From NCBI RefSeq assembly GCF_009914755.1, contig NC_060934.1: 64,000 nucleotides of DNA; one strand, given 5' to 3'. Numbering within the stretch: the stretch's first letter is position 1; the number at the start of each line of letters is the position of its first letter. The notes under the pieces are model-generated. The model saw nothing but the letters and a program-made list of their open reading frames with translations. It had not been told where the DNA came from and searched no databases. The DNA comes from the human T2T-CHM13v2.0 reference genome, Homo sapiens. This document shows, piece by piece, positions 25,730 through 40,649 of this stretch. The translations under genes were made by a program, and so were the position numbers.

Positions 25730-26920
25730 TTAAAAATGTATGTTTATCAGAGTCATATATGTATGTAGTTTTAAAACTTAAATGGTTCTTCAAGGTTTGT
25801 AATGAGAAACAGCGTTCCTCTTCCCACTCCAGATTCCCGTTCCCCAGAGGCAATCACTTTGAATTCCTGCCGTTTCTTCTGGTGCTTTCCTCCTGACTTT
25901 AAAATAACAAGTTTAGAAGGCCATTTCTTGATTTTCCAGTTTAAATGTCACGGGATGAACTTCCACCATGGAAGAGGAGGATGTCGCTCTTTAAAAACAC
26001 CATCCTCCTGTGCATACGTGCTGTCTCTCTGTTTGTCTCAACCCCATCATGGTAGTTACAGCCTAATTTTTGGCCAAATCAATATTTGGTATTTACATAG
26101 TTATGACTATGTTCGTATTATTCACAGCTAAACCATGCAGTGCACATTTCCTATTTTGTACAACTTTTTGTTTTACTTGGAATAAACAGTTGCCAAGATT
26201 TCCCTTGGTTTAGTGCTGTCTTCCCACTCATCCCTAGACTCTGGGCCAGAAGGGGGCTCTCTTTGCAGTGGTGCAGATGCATCATGGCTGGGCTTCCTCT
26301 CCTAGCGACATCCTCCCAGGCCCCTGCCCCAGCACACGTGGTGGTCCAACGGTTGTCTTGGGGTTCTGGGAGTCCCCTTTGCCTTCCCTGCGCTGGGTCT
26401 CTAGTTGCTGAAAGATGGGTCCTCTCTTGTTTTTTTCCCTCTCTATAGCTTTCTGAAGAATGTTTTGTACTGGGAAATGTTTTGAGAGCTTGTATGTGCA
26501 AAAATTAGTTATTCTACCTTCATGTTTGATTGGCAGCTTGGTCGGAGATTCTTGACCTAGAATTTGAAGCCATGGCCACTAACTTCTGGCTCACAGAGCT
26601 GCCACCAGAAGTCAGACACCGTTCTCACCCCTCTTCTTTCATACAAGGCCAGATCCCTCTCTGAAATATTTCGGGATTTTCTCTTTTATCCGGGGAGTGC
26701 TCTGGTTGGCGTGGATCTCATTTCACTTAGGGGTTATTCAGTGGGTCTTTTCACACTAGAGGCTGATGATCATTATGCAAAATCTGATACATTTTATTTT
26801 ATTGTTTTCTTTAATTACTGACCCCCACTCCATATACTTTCTCTGTTCTCTTTTCTAAAACTTTTTCAATTATGGATCTCCTGGGCGGATTCACTTATTG
26901 TTGTAGCTTTTCTCTCCTAT
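25730..26920 (-). mobile_element. Ancient L1ME/HAL1-type fragments
   Basis: tccccagaggcaatcacttt; attctaccttcatgtttgattggcagcttgg; ttctctgttctcttttct...tttctctcctat. Confidence 0.55.
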
Positions 26921-27125
26921 TGAGGCAGGAGAACAGGGTCTGGAGGCAGGGAATCTAAGATCAATTCACACTGACTTCCTAGAACTAAATTGAGAGGAAA
27001 ACCCCAACTTTCCATGCCTCAGTAACAAAAGGACTCAAGGCTGCTCCCTTTGCAAATCTTTCCCCTTTTCTCTGTGGCAAATGGAAAATTGAAGGTACCT
27101 CTGGTTGGCTGCAGAAAGCAATCAG
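26921..27125 (+). mobile_element. MER51-type ERV1 LTR, 5' part only
   Basis: Begins TGAGGCAGGAGAACAGGGTCTGGAGGCAGGGAATCTAAG...ctgacttcctagaact...agtaacaaaagga. Confidence 0.75.
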
Positions 27126-27137
27126 TTAAGGTTTCTC

Positions 27138-27260
27138 CAGTTAAAATGAGGTCATTAGGGAGAACCCTAATTTGATATGACTGGTGTTCTTGTACACAAG
27201 AAGAGGAGACACAAACATCATGTGATGACAAAGGCAGAGAATGGAGTGCTGCCAGGAACA
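27138..27260 (+). mobile_element. MLT1B/C MaLR LTR middle fragment
   Basis: gttaaaatgaggtcattaggg...ccctaat..atatgactggtgttctt...aaggcagagaatggagtg. Confidence 0.75.
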
Positions 27261-27264
27261 ACAC

Positions 27265-28300
<1,036 letters not shown>

Positions 28301-28302
28301 AT

Positions 28303-28461
28303 TGTAATAGTTTCCTAGGGCTGCTGTCACAAAGAATCATAAACTGCGTGGCTTAAGACAACAGGAATGCATTCCCTCTCAGTTCTGAAGGCTGGAAGTC
28401 CAAACTCAAGGTCTCAAGGTCCATGCTCCCGCTAAGGCTTCAGGTAAAATCCTTCCTTACC
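28303..28461 (-). mobile_element. MLT1C-type LTR 3' part
   Basis: tgtaatagtttcctagggctgctgtcacaaag...ggcttaagacaacagga...ggctggaagtccaaactcaagg. Confidence 0.8.
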
Positions 28462-28599
28462 CCTGAATCTAAAATATAAGCTGAAAAACAAAAACAAATA
28501 AAAAAGAAACCCATTGTTTCATGTGTTTTGTTGTCTTTGTGGTTGTTTCAGACAATAGTATCTCTCTGTTCCTTGCTCGAGCATCTCGACTGGTAGAGA

Positions 28600-28830
28600 G
28601 AATACTTACTGAAGGATTTTAAGTAGAATACTGATGTAGTCATGCTTGTGATTCTGGAAGATGACTTTGTCAGTCCTGTGCAGGATAGACTGAAGGTAGG
28701 GATGGGAGGGATAAAGAGGTCTCAAACCAGGACAAAGATAGCAGGCATGGAGAGGAGGGGGCTTTATGGTAATTAGATAGTGATGCTTCTCAGCAATCCA
28801 AAAGGAGGAGTGCAAGTAGGATTGCTTCGG
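28600..28830 (-). mobile_element. L2 fragment
   Basis: actgaaggattttaagtag...ggaagatgactttg...aggatagactgaagg. Confidence 0.55.
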
Positions 28831-28844
28831 CAGAAGCGAAGTGG

Positions 28845-29040
28845 TGTAGTTGCTGTGAGTGTGGAGTCAGCCAGAGCTGGATTCTTTGCTATGTTGGGAA
28901 AATTATTTGGTGATTCTAAGCTTCCAATTGCTCATTTATAAAATGGGAATCATGATAAAACCCACCTCCCATTATTATAATGATTGAATAAAATAAAGGG
29001 ACAGCACACAGCATATCTCACTTGCTCAACAAATGGCAGC
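28845..29040 (+). mobile_element. MIR
   Basis: tggagtcagccagagctgg...gctcatttataaaatgggaatcatgataaaacccacctc...tgctcaacaaatggcagc. Confidence 0.7.
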
Positions 29041-29682
29041 CTCTCCTGTGGTTGGCCTTTTTGCTGTAGTTATCATCTCCTTCCTCATCTGTCCATCATC
29101 TGTTGGTGCCTTCCATATTTCTATTCTTGTTCACCTTGATCATGCTCAAAGCCACTTACATGTTCAGAAATACAAATTGGAATCTCCAAGATCTGCCGCC
29201 TGAGGTGTGTGCCCACACACTCCACTGTCTGATGGGCCAGAAGTGTATCCCCTGGGATATGAACTCTCACCTCTGCTTCCTTCCCCACCCTGCTCCTTGC
29301 CCTGGGCCCCTGCTCGAAGTGTGGGACAGTTGTCATCAGCTACATTAGTCATCACATTAATCTATTTTCTTCCTCTCAGCCCGCATGTCCACAGTCAACA
29401 AACTGTGCCAGTTGTCCTCTTAAGCCCATGCTCACCTGCTCCCCCTTCTCCTCCCGTGCCCATGTCTAATTCCAGCCTCCACAGGTGTCCCCTGGACTAC
29501 TGCTACAGCACCCTAGGGTGCTTCTCTGATTGGCTTTTCCCTTCATCCACTCCATCCTCCACAGTACTCTTTCTTCATTTTTAACTTCTCTAACCTTTAT
29601 TAACATTGACCATACACATATATAAATACATTGTCATTACAAAAGATTCATATAGCAGTGAAGTTTACTCAATAAAAAACGT

Positions 29683-29991
29683 GAGGCGGGTGTGGTGGCT
29701 CACACCTGTGGTCCCAGCACTTTGGGAGACTGAGGCAGGTGGATCATTTGGGGTTGGGAGTTCAAGACTTGCCTGGCTAACATGGTGAAACCCTGTCTCT
29801 ACTAAAAATACAAAAAAATGAGCTGGGCATGGTGGCACATGCCTGTAATCCCAGCTACTCAGGCGGCTGAGGCACGAGAATCACTTGAACCCAGGAGGCA
29901 GAGGTTGCAGTGAGCTGAGATCACACCACTGCACTCCAGCCTGGGTGACAGACTGAGACCCTGTCTCCAAAAAACACAAAAAAACAAAAAA
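29683..29991 (+). mobile_element. AluS, full length
   Basis: Dimeric Alu with central tactaaaaatacaaaa linker and A-rich tail. Confidence 0.95.
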
Positions 29992-30111
29992 CCTCTCCTC
30001 ACATGTACCCACTACCCTCCCAAAGGTAACCACTACCTTCCCAGAGGTAACCACTGGCAACATTTTGATGAGAATTCTCTAATTATTTTTTACATATTTA
30101 TATATGTATGA

Positions 30112-30444
<333 letters not shown>

Positions 30445-30624
30445 TATATTTGCTTTTTAATGTAAGGAGTGTCATACATTGGATACAATTCTGTGATTTG
30501 CTTTTGCCACTTCCTGTGTCTTGGAGACTTTTTTATATCAGAAGATAGAGCCATTCTTTTTACCAGCTGCATCTTATTCTGTGTGTGTATGCAGTCATCG
30601 TGTTTTGTTTGTGTGTGTGTGTGT

Positions 30625-31411
30625 TTTTAGCTTTTAAGTTCAGGAGTACAAGTGCAGAATGTACAGGTTTGTTGCATAGGTAAACATGTGTCATGGGGGT
30701 TTGTTGTACAGATCATTTCATTACCCTTGTGGTAAGCCTAGTATCCATTAGTTATTTTTCTTGATCCTCTCCCTCTTCCCTCCGACCCTCTGACAGGCCC
30801 AGTGTGTGTTGTTCCCTTCTATGTGTCCATGTGTTCTCATTATTTACCTCCCACTTATAAGTGAGAACATGCAGTATTTGGTTTTCTGTTCCTGCATTAG
30901 TTTGCTTAGGATAATGACCTCCAGCTCCATCTATGTCCCTGCAAAGGACATGATCTCCTTCTTGTTTATGGCTTCAGAGTATTCCATGGTATATACGTAC
31001 CACATTTTCTTTATCCAGTCTACCATTTGATGGCCATTTGGATTGATTCCATGTTTTTGCTATTGTGGATAGTGCTGCAATGAACATACATGTGCATGTG
31101 CCTTTATAACAGAATTATTTATATTGCTCTGGGCATACACCCTGTAATGAGATTGCTGGGTTGAATGGTATTTCTTTGTTTAGGTCTTTGAGGAATTGTC
31201 ACATTATCTTCAACATTGGTTGAACTAATTTATACTCCCACCAACAGTGTATAAGCGTTCCTTTTTCCCCACAGCCTAGCCAGCATCTGTTTTCTTTTTT
31301 GTTTTTAATAGCCATTCTTACTGGTGTGAGATGGTATCTCATTGTGGTTTTGATTTGCATTTCTGTAATGATCAGTGATGTAGAGCTTTCTTCATATGAT
31401 TGTTTAGCCAC
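30625..31411 (-). mobile_element. L1PA (older primate, roughly PA11-16) 5'-truncated copy nested in an L1ME fragment
   Basis: caggtttgttgcataggtaaacatgtgtcatgggggtttgttgtacaga...cccacttataagtgagaacatgcagtatttgg; the ORF at 31199-31411 is an ORF2 C-terminal relic ([18 protein letters not shown]). Confidence 0.92.
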
Positions 31412-33424
31412 CCTTATTGATGGAAACGTAGATTGTTCTAAATTTGCACTTTTCTAATGAGGCAATGAATCTATATTCAACTTTATGCACATACAAGAGA
31501 TGTTTTAGAACATATTCCTAGAAGTGGGATTTTTGTAAAGTGTAAGTTTAGTTTCAGCAAATCTGCATTTTGCCTTCTGGAGGGAGTTTTTGCACTCCCA
31601 GGCTCTTCAGTGATGCATGAGCAATTTCCTCACCATCCTGAGACCACATTGGCATGTTGCATATTTGCCCCTCTGAATCGAGAGAAACATATTTTTGTCT
31701 TAATTTGTGTTTTTTTGATTGCTGGTGAGGAGGACCTTTCTGGACAGGATCCAGGGGACTTCACCGGGGGCCAAGTGGAGGACCGCTTCTGTAGTTCTCA
31801 CTATTGCCCTTTCCAATCTGCTCTCCTGGTTTTCCTTCCCTGCTGTTCAATAAAATCTGGGGCAACTCCCACTAAATTTTCAGTGGCTCAGTCTAGTCGG
31901 TCAGTCTAGGATCGCACAGCACTGTCAGGACCGCACAGCACAGTCAGGACCAGCGTAAATCTGACTCTGGGCTCTCATCCCAGTGAAAGCTTCCCCAGCC
32001 TCCAGCAGGAGATGCCTAGAGAAACTCAGCTGTTCTCACCCTTCTTTTCCCCCAACTCAACAGGAACTGCTTATTATCCTTCTTAAGCTGGACTCAGGAA
32101 GGAGAAAGGATTAGGAAAAAAGGCCACAAAGTGGCTGATGTCATACAGCTTGGGGTTTTTCAGACTTCTGGGTGCAATTTCTGATGCTCTCTTTGAATGA
32201 TGCTTTGGGGGCTGATGAAGGCCCAATCCACTGTGGACCCAGATTGTCCTTTTCTTGACAGAGGGAAGGCCTTTCACTGGGGCCACTCGTAGTGCCACCA
32301 TCAGCCTGTAATTTGGGGCCTAGATGCCCTAGGTCCTTCCCCTCTCTTCACTGTCCTTTGCTTCCCCTTGTGCCAGCTTGGGCAGAGCAGACATAGCCAC
32401 GTACCCTCACCTTCAGTCTTTGGAGGGACGCATGTCACATTCTCCTGGTGACCCATCTTGGAGTTCCTCTCACAGTGTGACTGCCCTCTGGCATGGGCTG
32501 AGAAGCAGATTGCCTTCCTCCTCCGTGTGTGTCTGAGTGTGCATGCGTGTGTGTGCCCATGTGTGTCTCCAAGGAACCTCGGGGGCCACTGCCAACTCTT
32601 CACAAGAAGCCCTGTCTCCCTCTGCCTCTCCTTTGGGTAAGAGGTGGAGGGTTAGATCATCCTCTGAGCAGGTCTTGCATCGGGGTCCAGCATGTAGACG
32701 CTGGGGCTAGTTGGCACCTGCTGTCTTGTTCTTGACTTTCAGAGTCTCAGGCCAAACCAAGGCTGAAAGATTTCTGTTTTAGCAGTCAACATTATTGCTT
32801 TATCCTAGTGGTCTGGCCAAAGTCTTCACCAATTTTTCTATTTCATTGTTTTCTCTTTGTGATTTGTAAGGACAATTTTTGGCTACTAATCTTTCGTTTG
32901 TTAGAAAATTCCACGTTACTTGTTTTTAAACTTTCTTTATGATGTGTTTTGATCTGTGGGAGTTTTTATTTTTTTATGAGATGAATCTGTTAGTTGTTTC
33001 CTTTATGGCTTCTGGGTGTTGAATCTTCCTTCCTTGGAAAGGGAATCTCCACCCTAAACTTGTAAAAATAATATATTATTTTCCCTATCACTTTTATGGT
33101 TTTGTTTTTTCATTTAGCTCTTTCCAATATTTATTTTTATTATAAAAATGCATCCTAATGTAGCAAAAAAAAGTCAACATAGAATATGTCGATAATGTCA
33201 TCTTGATAACTTGATAATGTCATTTCTTTTCTCCTCCATCCCGGCTTCCATAGGTAACCAGTGTTAATAGTTTGAGCTCTGTCTATCACACCTTGTGCTC
33301 ATTCAAATATATATTCAAATATATGAAGTTTCATTTTGTCTTGTTTTACCAAAATGGGAAGATGATATTTAAATACCTCTGAAAGCTACTTTTTTACTGT
33401 ATTATAGATTTTGTTATAATATTT

Positions 33425-34270
33425 TTAAAAGGTTTTTAATTTAGATTTTTATTTGGTTAACTATAGATTCACTTCCAAGTTGTGAAAAATAATATAGAGT
33501 TCTTGTGTATCTTTACCTAGTTTCCTCCGAGGATAACATTGTGTGAAGCTGTAGTAGAAAATTACATCTAGGATAGTGACAGTGATGCAATCCATTGATG
33601 TTATCCCTGGTTTTACTTGTACTCTTGTGTGTGTGTGTGTGTGTGTGTGTGCACGCGCACGCACACGTGTATTTCTGCACTACTTCATTACATGTGTAGG
33701 CTCCTGTGGCCACCATCACAGTCAAGATACAGAACAATTCATCACCATAGGGACCCTCTTGTTGCCTTTTCATTACTCCTCACCTTCTTCTTGTCCCCTT
33801 CCTCACACACACATTCGTCCACCTTCCTCCAATCTCTAATCCCCAACAACCATTAATCTGTTCTCTATTTCTACAGCTTCATTATTTCAAAATGTCGTGC
33901 AGATGGAGCATACAGTATATAATCTTTTGGGACTGGCTTTTTTCATTCAGCACAATTCTTTGCTGACTCATCCAGGTTATTTACTGTGTGTATTAATATT
34001 TCGTTCCTTTTCATTGTTTAGTAGCATTCCATGGATTCATCAGTTTGTTTAGTATTCTCCTGTTAAAGGACATCTAGCCTGGCTTTCATTTTAGGGCTAT
34101 TTTGAATAAAGCTTTTATGAACCTTTGTGTACAAGTTTTTGTGATAACACAAGTTTTATTTCTCTCAGGAAAAAAAATCCAAGAATGAAGTTTCCGGGTC
34201 ATATGATAATTGCATGTTTATTTGTTAACAACTTGCCAAATCATCTTCCAGAGTGTGAAACTACTTTTAA
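33425..34270 (-). mobile_element. L1MD-type 3' fragment containing a (TG)n tract
   Basis: tatagattcacttccaagttgtgaaaaataatatagag...caccatcacagtcaagatacagaaca...aaccattaatctgttctctatttcta. Confidence 0.8.
33626..33672. repeat. (TG)n/(CG/CA) alternating purine-pyrimidine tract
   Basis: Uninterrupted alternation visible directly. Confidence 0.9.
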
Positions 34271-34286
34271 ATTAATTTTTGAGATC

Positions 34287-34625
34287 TGTTTTGGACTAAA
34301 TGTTTGTATCTCCCCAAAATTCATATGCTGAAATTCAAACTTCCAGTGTGATGGTCTCAGGAGGTGGGGCTTTGGGGAAGTAGTTAGATCATGAAGGTTG
34401 AGCCATCAGGAATAGGATTAGGACCCTTATGAGGAGAGAGATTTTTCTCTTGGCCGTGCGAGGATACAATGAGAAGGTGTCTGTCTAATCTTACCAGACA
34501 CCACATCTACCAGCACCTTGATCTTGGACTTTCCAGCTTCTAGAAATGTGAGAAACAAGTGTGTGTTGTTTAAAACACCCATCTATGGGGTATATTTGTT
34601 ATAGCAGCCCAAACTGAATAAGACA
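34287..34625 (+). mobile_element. MLT1A/A0 MaLR solo LTR
   Basis: TG...CA ends; tccccaaaattcatatgctgaaa...cagcaccttgatcttggactttccagc...ttgttatagcagcccaaactgaataagaca; near-TSD agatc/aaatc. Confidence 0.9.
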
Positions 34626-35061
34626 AAATCCCTCCAGGTTCATAAGCATAGATCTAGCATTTTTGTTTTTAATAGCTCCATAACATTCCATTGTGTGGAT
34701 AGGATGCAATTGATTCCACCATCCAAACTGTTTCATTGTTTTTTTTATAACTATGCTGTGATAGGCATCTTCTTACAGAGAGTCTTATATATTGATAAGA
34801 ACTTGAACTTGGTTTCCATAGCTAGATTCTCAGAATTGATAATTTTAATAGATATTGTGTATCACTCTCCAAAAAGTTGTAGCAATTCACACTACCACTA
34901 ACAATGTATGAAATTGCCTTTTCTACACCTCCTAGCAAGGTAAACTATCAGTCTTCTTAGTTTTATTCTAGTACTTTATTGCTTTGTAAGTTATATATTT
35001 AAATCCCTTTGGAACTTATTTATAGTGTAGAAAGAGAGTCTAACTTATTTTTCCCCTAAGT

Positions 35062-35552
35062 TGTTCTGGTTAGCTATTACTGCATGACAAACTATCCCCT
35101 AATTTGGTTTACCCTCAAGCCAATAATTTACAACCATTACTTCACGTGATTCTGTGGATTAAGAATTGGGACAGGGCACAGCAGCAATGACTTGCTTTTG
35201 GTCCACAATGTTGGGGCACTCAGCTGGGATGGAGGAGGAAGGAGTCATGGGCTGGCCCCTCAACTTCCCCTTTCTCCCTCCCCATGGCCCCCCACCAATG
35301 GCAAGCCTGGGCTTCCTCACAGCATGGCCAACTCAGGACAATCAGACTTCCCACAGGACAGCACAGGGCTACCAGAGAAAGGAAACAGAATCTGCTGTTG
35401 CCTTAAAGACTTGGACTGGAGCTGGCACAGTATCACTTCCAACATACTCTAAAGCAACTAAAATCCAGCCCAGATTCAAAGGGAGGAGGCAGAGACCCCA
35501 CCTCTTGATGGCAGGCATATCTAGACTCTGGAGCCATCCTTGATCTGACACA
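35062..35552 (-). mobile_element. Old MLT1 (F/G/H-type) LTR
   Basis: tagctattactgcatgacaaacta...gattctgtgg..aagaattgggacagggcacagc...gggcttcctcacagcatggc...cagcccagattcaaagggag. Confidence 0.8.
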
Positions 35553-35559
35553 CAGGTGG

Positions 35560-37060
35560 ATCCCAATTATGCCTATGCCAGCTATTTCATTATTCCTTAG
35601 TCATTGAATTAAAATATTTTTTTTCTGGGCTGTGTATTCTATTTCACTGATTTGTCTTTTCCTTGGCTAATTCTGTTCTGTTTTGATTCTTGTGGTTTAT
35701 CTTTTGATATCTAGTGATCTGGTGCCCCATTGTTGACTCACTCCCCTGCTCTAGAATTTGCTGTAACCCTGGCTGGTTTACACACTCAGGTGAAATTTGG
35801 GTTAGCTTCTCATATTTTGTAGATAGTAAGTTTGGATTTTTATTGGAATGGCTCAAAAATGTATAGGTTAATTATGGGAGAATGTATATCTTCACAATAT
35901 CAAGTCTTTCCTTTAGAAACACAGCACATCTATTTATTTGGGTTTCCTTTTTTAATTGAAGTCATAATTTTATTCACACAGGTGTTACTGGAGATGTTAC
36001 TGAACGTCTTATTGGTTATAGTATGTTTTAAAGACAAATCCCTTGGACTTCCTAGGTAATGGTATTATCTGCTAATGATGTCAGCGTTAGATCTTTTGCT
36101 CCAATATCATATCTCTTGTAAACATTTCTGGTGTTATTGCCTTGACGAACATTTCAATATATGTTGAGTATTTAATGGTGGTGATGGGGAGAGACATTCT
36201 TTTCCTTCCTTCTTCCTTTAGTGGTAATACAGCAACCATTCACCTTTCAGTGCATTATTTGATAGCGTCTTCAGCATATACCCATCCCTAAAGAATTTCT
36301 CTTCCATTCTTGTTCAGCTCAAAGTTATTATTATAAATGGGTTTTGATTTTTTTCAAATGCATTTCCCACATCTTTAAAAATGATCCTATGAATTTTCTT
36401 CTTTAACTTGCTAACTGAAAATATTTCCTTGACAGATTTTCAAATATTGAACAATTTTGAGCCCTGCATGGTGATCAAGCAGACTGTCTCTCCCTGGCTC
36501 TATCTCCATGGGTTACACTTTGAAGGGCATCCTTGGGGAAAGCCAATCTGGAGGTGGTACCCACTCGGGTGAGCTCTTCTTTCAGAGACCACACCAGGGG
36601 GTGTCTGCTGCCCAAACTCAGGAAACAGTTGTTTTCTGTGTTCAGCCTGGCTTTTATATGATTCCCAGTGGGGCAGTATCTCCCATACCAATTACTATGA
36701 TGTCTTTTTCCTAGTTTTTCAGTTTTACTTATTTTTACAATTTTTAATGAGGCAAATATGCAAAATTTTATACGTAATCATTTATCTGCTTTCTGATTAT
36801 TTTATTAAAATAGATGCTTACAAATAGAGTTACTGAGTTAGTGTGTTTTTGAACTGTATTGCAAAGCTTGCTTTCTAAATCATTATACTAACTGACAGCA
36901 ATCCAGGAAAGTATGTTTTATTGTACCTAAGCCAGGATTGATTACTATTGAACTTCAAGTTTTGATGAATGTGTTGATGAAAAAAAGTTACACCTCTTAC
37001 TTTTAATTTATATTTATTTGATTATTCAGATACTGCATGTTTTTCTTACTTTAAAAATAA
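35560..37060 (-). mobile_element. Degraded ancient L1 fragments
   Basis: T-rich antisense L1 ORF2-like stretches (ataggttaattatgggagaatg, aaatgcatttccc); boundaries approximate. Confidence 0.55.
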
Positions 37061-38100
37061 ACGTTTAATTTTATAACAGTTCTAGATTTATAGAATTATT
37101 GTGAAGCTGGTACCAAGTTCCCATGTACTCTACACCCTGTTTTTCCTATTGTTAACAACTTACATTAGTGTGGCACATTTTCTACAACTAATGAACCAGC
37201 AGTGATTCATTACCATTAACTCAAGTCTATACTTGATTCAGATTTCCTTAATTTTCACTTAACGTCCCTTTTCTGTTCCAAGTTCCCATCCTATCCAGGA
37301 TACCACATGACATTTTGTCTTCATGTCTCTTTAGGCCCTCTTGACTGTAAAGGTTTCTTAGGTTTTCCTTATTTTTGATGACCTTGACAGTTTTAAGGAG
37401 TGCTGATCAGGAATTCTGTAGAATGTCCCACAGTTGGGGTATGTCCGATGTTTTTCTCATGATTGTGCTAGGGTCTGGGTTCTTGGGAGGAAGCCCACAA
37501 CAGTAAAGTGCCATTATCATCACACCATATCGAGGGAACATGCTATCCACATGACTTATCACTGTTGACAGTGACCTTGACCACCTGGCCCAAGTAGTGT
37601 TTGCCAGGTTTCTCCACTGTAAAGTTACTCTTTTAAAAAAATCCTTTGCCATCCTGTATTTTTGGTAGAAAGTCACTTCCCTGTCCTCTGCAAGATGTAC
37701 AAGGGGATCTTTCTCAGATCTTCACCATGGCCACCTTGTGGGGCTCCTAGACTTAAGGCCCATGAAAATGAGGACCCCTCTAAGACTGCAGCCCTCTAGA
37801 GTTTCTCATTTTTGTTCTACTCCACACTCAGTTCCCAGCAATTCCTCAAAATACCACCTAAGTGTTCCCACCAGTCTGTGGTTCTAGTGGCTTCTGCTCG
37901 AGGTGAGCTGAGCCCAACTAGGACTCCAGACTGCTGAACTCTCCAGGTTTCCAGGTGGAGGTTTGCCCTGAGCCCTTGAGTCTCCAACAGGTCCTGGAAC
38001 ACTGGTTGATTTTCAGTGTTCTAGCTTTTTCTTGTTGTAAGGATGGGAGAGATGATTTCCAGGCCTTTTATGTATTGGAGCTGAATCTAGAAGTTCTCTT
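37060..38100 (-). mobile_element. L1MC2/3-type 3' end abutting an L1M 5'-type fragment
   Basis: ttttctgttccaag..ccatcc..ggataccacat...gaccttgacagttttaaggag...gccaggtttctccactgtaaagttactc. Confidence 0.75.
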
Positions 38101-40249
38101 TTTTTATAATTCATGCATTTCCTTTTAGATTCCTTTTTTCATACTAAATTTTATAGAGACTATATATTAAGAATATTAATCCTTTGTGATATTTGTTTTA
38201 AAAAAATTATTTTCTTCTTATTTATTCTTTATTTCTCACTGTGAGAGATAACAGAAACACCAGAGATGAATTCCTTGTGAAGTGGAAGGCGTTTGAGCAT
38301 GGTGACTGAATATGACAACTGGTCAATATTTGTACCCATTAATTTGAGCTTCAAGAATTTGCTTACATCCTCCCCAAACCTCAGAGGTTTTCGATCTTTT
38401 CTGTCTTTACCGGCCTCTAGTCTCTGAGTGAGATGCCTCCTCTTCCTAGTGGGGTGAGCCCATTCACTCTTTTCTTGGTGCAGTTTCCATCTCTCTCTTT
38501 CTGAAGCCCCCGACCCCGGCCGGGAATTATATTCCTTCACTTACTCCTTCCTGCAACCCCAAGCTTTCTCTTCAAATACCAATCTGATCTTGATTTTTCC
38601 CCTTTCACAGCCAAATTAATAGAAGACATAGAACAACAAGAAAAGAAAAAAGAAAAAACACCCTCCACCTTTGGCTCTTATTTCTATATCACTGCCTGCT
38701 TCTTAACCTATAGCTGCTGTGACTCTTACCCTTACTGCAGCCAGGATATAACACCACTTACAAAGCTGGCCCATGCCCCTAAGTGTCTCTCCAGTGTCCA
38801 TCTCGTCTTTATCACTTCTTACCATTTAAAACAACCACCTGAGTGTCCATGGGGTCTGGGCCTCCAGAAGCTCCTCCCCTGAGCACGGAGCTCTGTTTTG
38901 TTTGTAGGCATCCTCAACGTGGAAATGGAAGAGAAGACCAGGGAGAAGAGGCTTGCACACTTTTTGCATGCGAGGTCCAAGCTACAGTGGTGAAACACTG
39001 TTTCCTTCCTTCAAAGGCTGGTCATTCGAACCCGGCTTGGTTTTGATTTTCCAAATAAAAGGAAAGGGCAAAAACATTATTTCCTCTGAGAACTCCTTTC
39101 AACATCCCAGAAGCCCGGGGGGAGATTAATGGGGAGATTGATGTGTGACATTTACATACAGGGTTTGGGAAGGCATTATTTGTTTTATAAATTCATTTCT
39201 GTTGTTCATGGTCTCAATAGACATGGATTGGTTACCCGCAATAGTTTAACCATAATATAACCTCAGGCGAAGCTCCTATCTGCCCCTAATGAGGGGCCTC
39301 TCAACAGGACATAGCAGAGTTTGCATGTGTAGTTTTCTTGGAAGATGGAGCAATGATGAACCATCTAACACCGTCCATTTCCAGGAAACAGGGAGCATAT
39401 TATGATTTCTAAGATGGAAAGTGTGTTTCAGCTGCTGTCTGTATGGAACTACTGGGTGATGTTAAGTCACAACAGGCCAGTACTAGCTTCTAGGGGACCC
39501 ATAGAGTAGACACTGCTTAACTGAAGCAGAAGGAAAGATGTAAATGCCCGCTGTGTGTTAAAGCAGGACATGGGGATGAAGGAGGCCTTGTGGCATTGTG
39601 TATGCTATGCACTGAGCAGGGACGAAGGTGTTCCTGCTTTCAGTCAGGTTGGAGACTGATGACATCAATGGAGGCAGTTTGGCAGCTGTAATCTGGGGAC
39701 TTGACAATTTCAAATTCAGCTTTTATGAATTGGAGAATGCACTACTTACCAAGTAACAGTAGGTCAGAGACACATGTTAACGAAGATGGCTCCATTAAAC
39801 TTTTCAGAGTTGGTACACTGTGTTAAAGCAACCATGAACTATTGCACAGCAGAGTTAAAAAGCCAAGCCTTTACTCCAGGTGGCTGCGTGTGAGGCTGGG
39901 AGGCTGCGTGTGCCAGCAGGGCCCTGGTGCTCACACTCACTCCTGTGGATCTGGACATATCAGCTGGGAAGAGCCCCGTGCTGATGAACTGTGCCCATGC
40001 TGAACCTTTAAGTATAGGATGGAAGGGAAATGGACAGTGGAAACGATCCTGTCCTGTTATATTTACCAGACCCACTACCGCCTCTGCAGCCCCCACACAG
40101 GTCCTGTCCCGTCCTCTGCCGGCTCCCTCGCTAGACTCTCTAGTTCTCACTTCCACAGCTGCACTCCAGTCCTTTTTGATTTGAGGCACTGGCACACACA
40201 GCTCCTTCTTTACAGTGCACTTCCCCGATATTTGACGTGGTTAACGCCT

Positions 40250-40602
40250 CCCTTAGTGTTTTACTGTATCTACCTCAAGAGCAAGGTCAGAAAGTCCTAA
40301 CATGACACAAACATGCATGTTACTCAGTAAGTCTTCCTCCCACTCCATCTCCTCTCTCTCCAGGTCTCAGTGGAATAAATGACGTTTCCTCCGGGAGGTT
40401 TTCCGGCTTCCCACATCCCAACCACACTTCCCCATGATGTTACGTCATAGATCTTATCACAATTTTTAATGATCTGTTTTTCTGTGGCTATTGTGGGCAA
40501 ATTGCTAGTAGAGAAACATCACGTCTTTTGTTCACCTCTTTTCTCAGCACCCAGTCCAGAGCCTGATGCTTATGTGTTCCATCAATGTTGGCTGAATTAA
40601 TA
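40250..40602 (+). mobile_element. L2 3' fragment
   Basis: cttatcacaattt...ttttgttcacc...ctcagcacccag...tcaatgttggctgaattaat. Confidence 0.55.
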
Positions 40603-40649
40603 ATTGCTGCAGTCTGCGCTCATTTTATTGCTTCAGGAATGAAGACTGC

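Noticed and set aside
31909-31952. 19-bp tandem duplication (aggaccgcacagcacagtc)
   Set aside because: About two copies only; ordinary slippage
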